From assembly GCF_000237865.1 (NCBI RefSeq), contig NC_017459.1, forward strand, positions 2,100,001 to 2,132,000: DNA of 32,000 nucleotides, given 5' to 3'. Numbering within the stretch: the first letter of the stretch is position 1; each line of letters begins with the position of its first letter. The stretch is from Haloquadratum walsbyi C23. Lineage in GTDB: Archaea > Halobacteriota > Halobacteria > Halobacteriales > Haloferacaceae. Positions 20,709-28,106 of the stretch are shown in pieces. A program made the position numbers and the translations under genes. Under the pieces are notes generated by a model that did no database searches, had not been told where the DNA came from, and worked only from the letters and a program-made list of their open reading frames with translations.

Positions 20709-21041
20709 ATGACATTTATCACAAAACTTAGTTTTCAATCCGGCGACCGGTATGTGCTCGAAAAGGAGGTTTCAAATCTTAAAACACTCCTTGAAAGAAA
20801 AGGTGCTGAGTGCAAAGGTCCACATGCCGACCCACCGAAGGAGATAGTCGTCCCACAGTATCGACAACTTGCCCCAGGTAATCGCTTCAATTCATGGCAG
20901 TATACTGTTTACGCGCGCCATCTCGAAATTCATGGGAATGATCATATTGCCCGTGAAGTCGGACATATGGATTTTCCGGACAGTATTCATGTTGAGATTG
21001 AGCTTGAACAGCGAAAACCGGCTGGTCACAAACAGTCATAG
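20709..21041 (+). CDS. ribosomal protein uS10-like paralog
   Basis: 110 aa that align by eye along the whole archaeal S10 fold. GPHADPPKEIVVP matches GP.PLPTK.L.VP, SWQYTVYARHLEIHG matches WEHWEMRVHKRLIDI, and FPDSIHVEIELE matches VPNDVSIEIVLE. It is not in the usual tuf/rps10 context. Confidence 0.7.
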   Translation: MTFITKLSFQSGDRYVLEKEVSNLKTLLERKGAECKGPHADPPKEIVVPQYRQLAPGNRFNSWQYTVYARHLEIHGNDHIAREVGHMDFPDSIHVEIELEQRKPAGHKQS

Positions 21042-21096
21042 TTGATTCGAGCATTAAAGCCTGATAATTAAGTCTCTTGACTGCACAATATTTGCG

Positions 21097-22449
21097 ATGA
21101 CACGTGCTGAGTTAGTAACACTACGCCGCGACTTACATCAACATCCTGAGCCTGCATGGCGAGAGTTTTATACAACGGCTCGTCTGGTCGACGAATTAGA
21201 AACTCGTAATCTTGATGCGATTTATATTGGACCTGAGGTGCTCGGTGGTGAGAGGCGGGGCGTGCCCGATGATAATGAATTATCCACATGGCGTGCTCGT
21301 GCAAGAGAAGCAGGCGCTCGAGAAGATGTGCTTGAACGACTCTCTGGCGGACGGACGGGCGTCTGTGCAGTTATCGAGTGTGGTCCTGGACCAACAGTCG
21401 GGCTTCGAGTAGATATCGATGGGCTTCCAATCACTGAATCGACCAGTGACGAGCATCGTCCGGTAAGTGAGGGGTTCCGCTCGGAAATGGACGGGCATAT
21501 GCATGCCTGTGGTCACGATGCCCACGCTGCAATTGGCGTTGGTGTTCTTGATGAAATTATTGAGACAACCAGTCCAAATAATAAGGATACACAGAATCGA
21601 AAAGACGATGTTGATATTGATGGGGAAGCCAGTGGAGATACTGAGTTTACGGGAACACTGAAGATATTTTTCCAACCTGGTGAGGAACAAATCGTCGGCG
21701 GGAAGCCAATGGCGACGTCTGGGCGTCTCGACGATGTTGACGCACTTTTTGCTGTACATGTTGGACTTGACCATCCCTCAGGTGAGGTCGTTGCTGGAAT
21801 AGACAATTTCCTTGCTGTTTCTCATTTCGAAGCGGAGTTCACTGGAATACCTGCACACGCAGGTGCCCGACCAGCGGATGGTAATAATGCGGTTCAGGCG
21901 ATGGCAACTGCCGTGCAGAATCTCTATGCAATCCCAAGACATACAGATGGTGCAACTCGGGTCAATACAGGTGTCGTTTCTGGAGGAACAGCAACCAATA
22001 TTATTCCCGAACATGCAATGATCAAAGGCGAAGTTCGTGGGGAAACAACAGAACTGATGGAGTATACTGAGTCGAAAGCAACACAGGTGCTTGAATCAGC
22101 AGCAACAATGCACAATTGTGAGGTTGAAATTACCACAGCAGGGAGGGCACCGTCTGCGGCGAGCGATAATATGCTTGCAGATATCGTTGCCACAGTCGCG
22201 AAAGATGCTGATGATATTGACTCAATTATTCGATCTGATGATCTTGGTGGAAGCGAAGATGCGACATTCCTCATGCGACGGGTACAACAGCACGGTGGAG
22301 TAGCAGCGTATATTGGAATTGGAACGGATCATCCCGGTGGTCATCATACAGATACATTTGATGTCGATGAAGCATCCATTGGTCACGGCGTCGAAATCCT
22401 GACAAACTCGATCATTACAGCTGAAAATAAATTACAAAAATCAGGATGA
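21097..22449 (+). CDS. M20 family amidohydrolase (M20D, N-acyl-amino-acid amidohydrolase-like)
   Basis: LHQHPEPAWREF, MHACGHDAH, FQPGEE, and HT..FDVDE near the C-terminus. An inserted acidic segment of about 30 aa (TTSPNNKDTQNRKDDVDIDGEASGDTEF) is present. Confidence 0.9.
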   Translation: MTRAELVTLRRDLHQHPEPAWREFYTTARLVDELETRNLDAIYIGPEVLGGERRGVPDDNELSTWRARAREAGAREDVLERLSGGRTGVCAVIECGPGPTVGLRVDIDGLPITESTSDEHRPVSEGFRSEMDGHMHACGHDAHAAIGVGVLDEIIETTSPNNKDTQNRKDDVDIDGEASGDTEFTGTLKIFFQPGEEQIVGGKPMATSGRLDDVDALFAVHVGLDHPSGEVVAGIDNFLAVSHFEAEFTGIPAHAGARPADGNNAVQAMATAVQNLYAIPRHTDGATRVNTGVVSGGTATNIIPEHAMIKGEVRGETTELMEYTESKATQVLESAATMHNCEVEITTAGRAPSAASDNMLADIVATVAKDADDIDSIIRSDDLGGSEDATFLMRRVQQHGGVAAYIGIGTDHPGGHHTDTFDVDEASIGHGVEILTNSIITAENKLQKSG

Positions 22450-22466
22450 ATCGAACAATTGTCCAC

Positions 22467-22790
22467 TGGACATCCTCCTCCGCCTGAAGACGGGAGGAAT
22501 CCCACGGCACCGCACCGCACCGCTTCGCTGGGTTGGGAGTGTCAGCTTTGGCTCTGGCTCTGGGTTTGGGTTTGAGTTTGAGTTTGAGTTTGGGTTTACA
22601 GACTCCCAATACTAATACCAAGCCAGTCCACCGTTGGAATCGGTGTGTGACCGGTCACTGCGCAATCTCCAGGGAGTACCACATCTCCGCCCCCAGTACT
22701 CCTCTCTTCACCCAAGGCGAAGTCCCTGTGTTGGTTGTGCCACCAGGAGCTTCGGTCAATATCACTGTCACCGGACTCGGAGTTATTTGT
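22467..22790 (-). ncRNA. putative omega-RNA/reRNA-like scaffold of relic C, interrupted by microsatellites
   Basis: Same terminal hairpin and terminus class as relics A and B, and the same internal ACTCGGAGTTA block. It is divergent elsewhere. Not tested for expression. Confidence 0.3.
22545..22598. repeat. imperfect hexanucleotide microsatellite, 9 units (GCTTTG GCTCTG x2 GGTTTG x2 AGTTTG x3 GGTTTA)
   Basis: Read directly. It is preceded by a (CACCG)x3 pentamer run at about 22506-22523. Both lie inside relic C. Confidence 0.9.
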
Positions 22791-22862
22791 ATTATTGACG
22801 AGAGTCCGATGGTTGTTGTTTGATCCCCATATGGGGCATATTCTGTTTCCAGCGTTGGCGGA

Positions 22863-22886
22863 CACTCACACTCACACTCATACTCG
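22863..22886. repeat. hexanucleotide repeat (CACTCA)x3 plus a degenerate unit
   Basis: cactcacactcacactcatactcg read directly, inside relic C near its LE side. Confidence 0.85.
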
Positions 22887-23203
22887 AACCGCCACCTTTC
22901 GGGCACTCGGCTACATCGGGGTCAGAGCCAATACGCCGTTGCCCAGTAAACCGTTTGAAAACCACAGTATGACAGCGCGTATTCACGCCGTGAACAGGCG
23001 TGGTATTGCGCCTGTACCATTTATAAACCCTCATAAGAAGTGCTGAAACAACGAGAAAAGATAATATTATTTGGTATGATATACCCTTAGCAGATCACAT
23101 AAAAATGAAGATATAGATGTGTGATTCAATTGTTATCTGTATTATTACATTCGTCAGCACTCGATAGCTCAATAGTGATAATATAAAAGATTCGAGAGCA
23201 AAA

Positions 23204-23233
23204 CCTCGTCTTCAGAGCGAGAGGGATATCAAG
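23204..23233 (+). repeat. solo RE-like terminal hairpin on the plus strand
   Basis: CCTCGTCTTCAGAGCGAGAGGGATATCAAG resembles the minus-strand RE termini of A (CCTCGCCGTTCAGGGCGGAGAGGATGTCAAC) and C. It overlaps the stop codon (23229-23231) of the small membrane-protein gene. The upstream sequence is AT-rich, so there is no scaffold. Confidence 0.3.
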
Positions 23234-23420
23234 AGTATATGTGATTTGCTGAAACAGCGAATGAGGCGGCAATTACAGCAAGCGCGAATCCACCTGCTGC
23301 AAGTAATTGATCACCAGTGAACCCTGCGGCGAGCATCCCGACAACGCCGATTAATGTGAGTAACGAAAACAGGATTGTCAGGCCAAACCGCTTATCTGAG
23401 ACGGTCGTAGCAGTCCCCAT
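23229..23420 (-). CDS. small membrane protein (2 TM), hypothetical
   Basis: 63-aa ORF with two hydrophobic helices (LTILFSLLTLIGVVGMLAAGF; AAGGFALAVIAASFAV). It sits 47 nt downstream of the PhoU-type gene on the same strand. Confidence 0.5.
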   Translation of the reverse strand: MGTATTVSDKRFGLTILFSLLTLIGVVGMLAAGFTGDQLLAAGGFALAVIAASFAVSANHIYS

Positions 23421-23467
23421 AGTAATTTAGTTTGGAGGCGATGACTTATGTTATTCGTTCGTTGTAA

Positions 23468-24499
23468 TTATCTAATTTTAACGTGTTCGCATTCCTCATT
23501 TAATGCGAGATTTGCTGCGATTTCTGCATTACGCATTGCATACTGTGCTGTTTGTTGTAAACTAACAAGCACTTCACGAATTTGTAATAAATTATCATTG
23601 TCCATTTCAGGGAGATCAGAGAGGATTTCATCCTCACGATCACTGATCTGTTGGAATAACGTTCGAGCAGTGATTGTTTTATCATAATTTCGCTCAACGA
23701 CGGCATTCACAGCAATCTGAGTGATCTCATCGACTTGATCAGTAAACTCTCGGATACGGCGCATCGTCCCAGTGTCAACATCAAGGGTATGCTCATCCGC
23801 ATCACCGACAATCGTCGCAATATCCTCAGCATTATCTGCAATAAGTTCAAGATTTTTTGCAACAGATCGATATCCAATAAGTGGGAAGCCAGAGTTTAAA
23901 TCAACAGCACGGGCAAGATTTGGATTTTGATATGCGGTGAAGATGAGTCTTAATAAAAGAACAAATATCTTGTTCGCCTGTCGCTCGCGATTCAATGCTC
24001 GTTGTGCAAGATCAGCATTTCCATGCGCAAGTGCTTTAATACCTTCACCACGCATCGTGCTTCCTGTGTTCTCAAGTCGTTCAAGTAGATTATCAAGTGT
24101 AAAGTCCTCTGGATCGACTGAACAACGGATTGCAATCCGTTCTGGCGTCTCCTCAATGACTCCAAGACCCATAAGTTGTGTTTCTGCACTATACACGGCA
24201 TTGATATGTTCAGAATCAAGTGCAGCATCTTCACGTTCAATATGAATAACCCGTCGTCCAAGAACGTACTGTGCAACAATAGCACGCTCAAGTGCATTTG
24301 CATTGAGATTATCTGCGAGAATTGAGGCTGATGAGTCTTCTTGACTTGCAGACTCTGGAAGGACAGTCAGTGTTCCTTTTCCACCCATTCTAAGGGACAC
24401 TTCATCGCCCTTGTTGACCTCATTTTCTTTTGCCCACTCTGCTGGCAATGTCATCGCCAATGTTGATGGGCCGAGCCGCTGTACCTTGCGTGTCTCCAT
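23468..24499 (-). CDS. phosphate uptake regulator PhoU-type protein with an N-terminal AbrB/SpoVT domain
   Basis: N-terminus RKVQRLGPSTLAMTLPAEWAKENEVNKGDEVSL (AbrB-like swapped hairpin) followed by two PhoU-like helical repeats (LARRALNRERQANK-type and DNAEDIA.. segments). Confidence 0.85.
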   Translation of the reverse strand: METRKVQRLGPSTLAMTLPAEWAKENEVNKGDEVSLRMGGKGTLTVLPESASQEDSSASILADNLNANALERAIVAQYVLGRRVIHIEREDAALDSEHINAVYSAETQLMGLGVIEETPERIAIRCSVDPEDFTLDNLLERLENTGSTMRGEGIKALAHGNADLAQRALNRERQANKIFVLLLRLIFTAYQNPNLARAVDLNSGFPLIGYRSVAKNLELIADNAEDIATIVGDADEHTLDVDTGTMRRIREFTDQVDEITQIAVNAVVERNYDKTITARTLFQQISDREDEILSDLPEMDNDNLLQIREVLVSLQQTAQYAMRNAEIAANLALNEECEHVKIR

Positions 24500-24548
24500 A
24501 TGTCATGGGATAACTTCAGTACCCTTAATCTTCACCATATGGAATTAA

Positions 24549-25649
24549 TTACGTTATTTCAATTATCTGACGTTCAACCCGGCCAATACGGACTCGGGTC
24601 CATCCGCGAAGTTCAGCATCAAGTACAGGGTCGCCTGTATCAACATGCAATTGCCCGGTGGTTTCGAGTTTTGTGGGGGAGGCAACGATTTTAATCTCGC
24701 ATCGGCGGAGCACCGCAGGGGAGAGTTGTGGATTACCACGACCAAAGATGAACCCTTGCCCACCGATTGGAGAGACAATAATAATATTTTCACCATCTGC
24801 GTCAGTCTCTGCCAGAATACTACTCTCAGTTGCATCACGAGCTTGAACCTCTCCATCAGCCCACACATCGATGCCAAGTGGGGTGAAATCAATACCAAGT
24901 TTAGATTCGATTGCACCGACAGTACTGCCAGATCCGAAAATGATCGTTTTATCACTCGCTTGAATATCAGCAGCAACACCCGCAGCCACTGCTTCGACGC
25001 TTCCATCACCGCGCTGTTTTGCTGATTGTACCCGATCAGCGACTGGTACAGACACGACTGCTTGTAGATTAGGACTGACACTATCAGGTGCTTCACCTGC
25101 GCGATATGCCTCTTCATCAATGTCAACGATTTCGCGACGTTCGGTGCGATCGAAAGTGATTGCAACCTGTGCAGCGTCCTCAGGGGCAACCGCAAAAACA
25201 GAAGAATATACCTTCACACCGGCTGGAACCCCAAGGATCGGGATAGTCGACTCTGACAGAGCAGTCGCAACATCCGCTGCTGTTCCATCGCCACCAACGA
25301 ATAGTATGAGATCAACATCAGTCTCAATAAATTTGGTGACTGCCAGTCGAGTGTCTTTCGCCGTTGTTCGGTGATTATTCGTGTATTCACCTGGGGTCCC
25401 AAGTATAATCGGGTCTATACCGGCGTCTGTCGCTACTTCTTCACCCATCGGTGCTCCCCACGTGAAGAGTTGATATTCATCGTGGGTATCAAGATTCGCG
25501 CTGAGCGCCTGTAATGTTCGCTTTGCCCGTTCTGGTGCGCGAGGTTCGGCACCACGGTCACGAGCCGCAGCAACCTTTCCATCAGTGCCTTTGAGACCAA
25601 CGCGACCGCCCATCCCGGCAATAGGATTCACTACGAAGCCGATGCGCAT
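24549..25649 (-). CDS. ATP-NAD kinase family protein (COG3199-like)
   Basis: MRIGFVVNPIAGMGGRVGLKGTDG N-terminus and a GGDGT motif (LFVGGDGTAADV), as in the NAD kinase/diacylglycerol kinase superfamily. Confidence 0.85.
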   Translation of the reverse strand: MRIGFVVNPIAGMGGRVGLKGTDGKVAAARDRGAEPRAPERAKRTLQALSANLDTHDEYQLFTWGAPMGEEVATDAGIDPIILGTPGEYTNNHRTTAKDTRLAVTKFIETDVDLILFVGGDGTAADVATALSESTIPILGVPAGVKVYSSVFAVAPEDAAQVAITFDRTERREIVDIDEEAYRAGEAPDSVSPNLQAVVSVPVADRVQSAKQRGDGSVEAVAAGVAADIQASDKTIIFGSGSTVGAIESKLGIDFTPLGIDVWADGEVQARDATESSILAETDADGENIIIVSPIGGQGFIFGRGNPQLSPAVLRRCEIKIVASPTKLETTGQLHVDTGDPVLDAELRGWTRVRIGRVERQIIEIT

Positions 25650-25670
25650 GCATTAATCCCGGGGAGTGGG

Positions 25671-25679
25671 TATATAAAA
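25671..25679 (-). promoter_or_regulatory. TATA box for the NAD-kinase-like gene
   Basis: The minus strand reads TTTTATATA, 22-30 nt upstream of the ATG at 25649. That is the spacing expected for a leaderless haloarchaeal transcript. Confidence 0.4.
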
Positions 25680-25782
25680 GACCCGTGACAGACACTAGTG
25701 CGCATGACAGAACTCAGATGAATTCAATTAGTTAGACTCTATTATTATTGATTTGTCATTAAATATGAATGAATAGGGTCGT

Positions 25783-25895
25783 GTGAAGTACCTCAGGGTC
25801 AAGCCCCGGGGCTTCACCGTTTGGGGTCTGCACAGCACCCGCAGGCGAATTTAATTCCCTCCGACCTTCCCCGTGAGGGGTCGGCTGGAATTAAC
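25783..25895 (-). ncRNA. putative omega-RNA-like structured RE module of relic D
   Basis: It lies downstream of the tnpB remnant on the minus strand. It includes the two-tier stem at 25853-25892 and a terminal GAAGCCCCGGGGCTT palindrome. No expression evidence. Confidence 0.3.
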
Positions 25896-26060
25896 ACCCG
25901 AACTCCGCGAGGAGTCCGTGGAGGTCGGCGGCTTCACTCCGCCCGTTGAAACCCCCGTCGCACCACCATAGTAGCGGATTTTGAGAGCGGCCACATTTCC
26001 AAACTGTCAAACGACCAGCGAAGGAAATGAGGTCTTCATTTCCATACTTTGATGGGTTGT
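25891..26060 (-). pseudogene. tnpB: tnpB C-terminal fragment (part of relic D)
   Basis: The 61-aa ORF contains KYGNEDLISFAGRLTVWKCGRS..WWCDGGF.., resembling the (TSQ.C..CG ... C..CG) zinc-finger region of TnpB. It is heavily decayed and has no N-terminal domains. Confidence 0.4.
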
Positions 26061-26292
26061 TTCTGGTCGTTGTCACCGTGTGAAACGCTAGAAATAATTA
26101 AATTTGTGGCATATAGTGACGGCATTCACCCTCGGGGTCAAGCCCCGAGGCACTCTGCCTGTTAATCCGTAGATATACCGATATTATCGCACAATAGACT
26201 ATGAGATGTTAATATCCGAATATTACGTAAGAATATTATCCCCGGAACATTCAACGTATTTACATATAATTATATAGGATATGCTGTAGTTA

Positions 26293-26451
26293 TTATGAAA
26301 CGCGTTTTGCTCGAGCTTCACGGACCTCTGCACCTTCACGAATGATGTCCTCACACTGTGGACACACTCGTGCGTGATTCAGTCCCTCTGGTGCGAACAC
26401 ACGAACATAGTCTCGAGAGACAAATGAACCACAATTTTGACATTCAGGCAT
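26293..26451 (-). CDS. small CPxCG-type zinc-finger protein (52 aa)
   Basis: Absent from the ORF track (under 60 aa). The minus-strand translation is MPECQNCGSFVSRDYVRVFAPEGLNHARVCPQCEDIIREGAEVREARAKRVS. It has two CxxC pairs, an ATG at 26451 and a TAA at 26293-26295. The composition is typical of small haloarchaeal zinc-finger proteins. Confidence 0.6.
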   Translation of the reverse strand: MPECQNCGSFVSRDYVRVFAPEGLNHARVCPQCEDIIREGAEVREARAKRVS

Positions 26452-26853
26452 AACATTTCACCTCGGTTGCAATTGGTCGAATAAAACCCACCATGTTCGG
26501 TTATACTATTCTCTGGAATCCATCTAATAATCAGCCCTACATATATAGGGAGTTGCGTGAATCATCGCAGTGAAGTATCGATTAATATGTAGTAAATTTA
26601 GAGTATTTACTTTTACTTACCAGTAGTCATTCAAATTAAATCCATCACACGGTCAAAAATACCAACAGTTCTATATAGATTGGTTGATGTATTATATCCA
26701 ATTTGTATTAGTTCTTGTCGCACTGGTAGTTTTATCAGAGACAAGATAAGTATCTTGAGGCGATTCATTAGAGCGTCAACGGACAGTAACATTATCATTC
26801 TTGAGAGATTTGATACTAGATAGGATAGCAGTATATCTAGATTTCGAGGATCT

Positions 26854-28089
26854 ATGAGTCGAGAATCTGATCAATCGTCTATCAGCGCTGCAGAAAATAA
26901 TCATCTCAGTCGTATTACTGATCCAGTATTCGCAATCAACACCGACTTTGAGATTACCTATGCGAACCCAACGATGGAGGCGGTATTCGGTAGTGATAGA
27001 CTCACTGGACGGTCCCTTACTGATATCGTTGCATCCGGTCAAGAGAATCGACTATATATTGCATGTGAGACTGCAAGTAAACATCAAAACCCAATACAGA
27101 TTCAGATTTCCTCTCATGCTCTTGTTGATCCTGATATTTCTTCAATCGCTGTGACAGACATCCCGGACACAGCATATCACGCTCGCATCTTCCCGTCTGA
27201 GACAGGCGTGACAGTGTATCTCTTTGGGTATATGAATTCAACAAGCACGGATACAAACGCGAAGATAAATACCAGTACTAGTACCAGTACATCTACGACG
27301 GAATCTTCACAGCAAGAATCATCAACAGGTGCCACACACGTGCGTGATCATCTTGTATTTATGAATCAAATTATTCGGCATGACCTTCTCAACGGACTAA
27401 ATGTGATCAGTGCACGAGCAGATATTCTCTCTGAATTTGTTGAGTCGGTTGGTGAGTCTCATCTTGAGACTGTTAACAGTCGTGTCAATGAAATGGTTAC
27501 ATTACTTGAAGTGATGCAGTCAATAACAGATATCAAACTTGAGGATAATACCCATTCTCACTCACCACAATCACTTCAGAAAGCTGTTCAAACGGCGATT
27601 GATGCGCTCGATACAAGATATCGTGAGCGGATTACCGTTTCTGGTTCAGTGCCAGATGTCACTGTGCAAGCTGATGAGCATCTTTCAAAGGTATTCAGTA
27701 ATCTGTTTGCTAGTATATTAAGAGGAGAAGATGGTGTTAGCACCGCTGAATCGGCAATAACAATCAATGCATATACGCAGAATGACCCGAATCGGCTCGA
27801 AGCACCATTACAAACGGATGTACACAACAACAGCGTTGACCATGATCAAGATGATTCGATTGCGACAACAGCAGTAATCACCATTACTTCATCAAAGGGC
27901 AGTATTTCAATAAAAGCACAGCAACATCTCACTGCAACGGATATCAATAATCTTGCATCCCCTGATGATGGATTCGGTCTGTATCTCGTTGGAAGACTGA
28001 TTGATAGCTATGATGGGTCCGTCCTCGTCAATCAAGAGAGTGAAAATGAAAAAACGATAATTACGGTTGTGTTGCTACAGACAGATTGA
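26854..28089 (+). CDS. PAS-domain sensor histidine kinase with a divergent ATP-binding domain
   Basis: The PAS-like N-domain (ITDPVFAINTDFEITYANPTMEAVFG) is followed by a TSTSTSTSTT linker. The H-box is IIRHDLLNGLNVI and the G2-like box is DDGFGLYLVGRLI. The N-box and G1-box look degenerate (see findings). Confidence 0.85.
   Translation: MSRESDQSSISAAENNHLSRITDPVFAINTDFEITYANPTMEAVFGSDRLTGRSLTDIVASGQENRLYIACETASKHQNPIQIQISSHALVDPDISSIAVTDIPDTAYHARIFPSETGVTVYLFGYMNSTSTDTNAKINTSTSTSTSTTESSQQESSTGATHVRDHLVFMNQIIRHDLLNGLNVISARADILSEFVESVGESHLETVNSRVNEMVTLLEVMQSITDIKLEDNTHSHSPQSLQKAVQTAIDALDTRYRERITVSGSVPDVTVQADEHLSKVFSNLFASILRGEDGVSTAESAITINAYTQNDPNRLEAPLQTDVHNNSVDHDQDDSIATTAVITITSSKGSISIKAQQHLTATDINNLASPDDGFGLYLVGRLIDSYDGSVLVNQESENEKTIITVVLLQTD
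27271..27300. repeat. in-frame hexanucleotide repeat (ACCAGT-like x5) encoding a (TS)n linker
   Basis: accagtactagtaccagtacatctacgacg read directly, inside the HK gene. Confidence 0.8.
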
Positions 28090-28106
28090 GCTGGTACCTG
28101 ATATAG

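Larger units (their letters stand above)
22467..23015 (-). mobile_element. relic C: non-autonomous IS200/IS605 (IS1341-group) derivative (PATE-like) with both ends
   Basis: RE terminus on the minus strand: GGGATTCCTCCCGTCTTCAGGCGGAGGAGGATGTCCAG ending at about 22467. An ACTCGGAGTTAT block lies at 22775-22789. The LE hairpin is GCGCGTATTCACGCC-gtgaaca-GGCGTGGTATTGCGC (22975-23011). It shares the 15-mer GTGGTATTGCGCCTG (23000-23014) with relic B. No ORF of TnpB type. Confidence 0.6.
25783..26150 (-). mobile_element. relic D: small non-autonomous IS200/IS605-type element of a second hairpin family
   Basis: Both ends carry the same motif in direct orientation: CCTCAGGGTCAAGC at 25791-25804 and CCTCGGGGTCAAGCCCCGAGG at 26130-26150. 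Inside is a decayed TnpB Zn-finger/RuvC remnant on the minus strand (TVWKCGRSQNPLLWWCDGGFNGRSEAADLHG). A symmetric stem AATTCC-CT-CCGACC...GGTCGG-CT-GGAATT lies at 25853-25892. Confidence 0.55.

Noticed and set aside
22545-22598. A tandem repeat region that could be mistaken for a CRISPR-like array.
   Set aside because: The units are 6 nt with no spacers, so this is a microsatellite. No 25-40 nt repeat-spacer periodicity or cas gene exists anywhere in the window.
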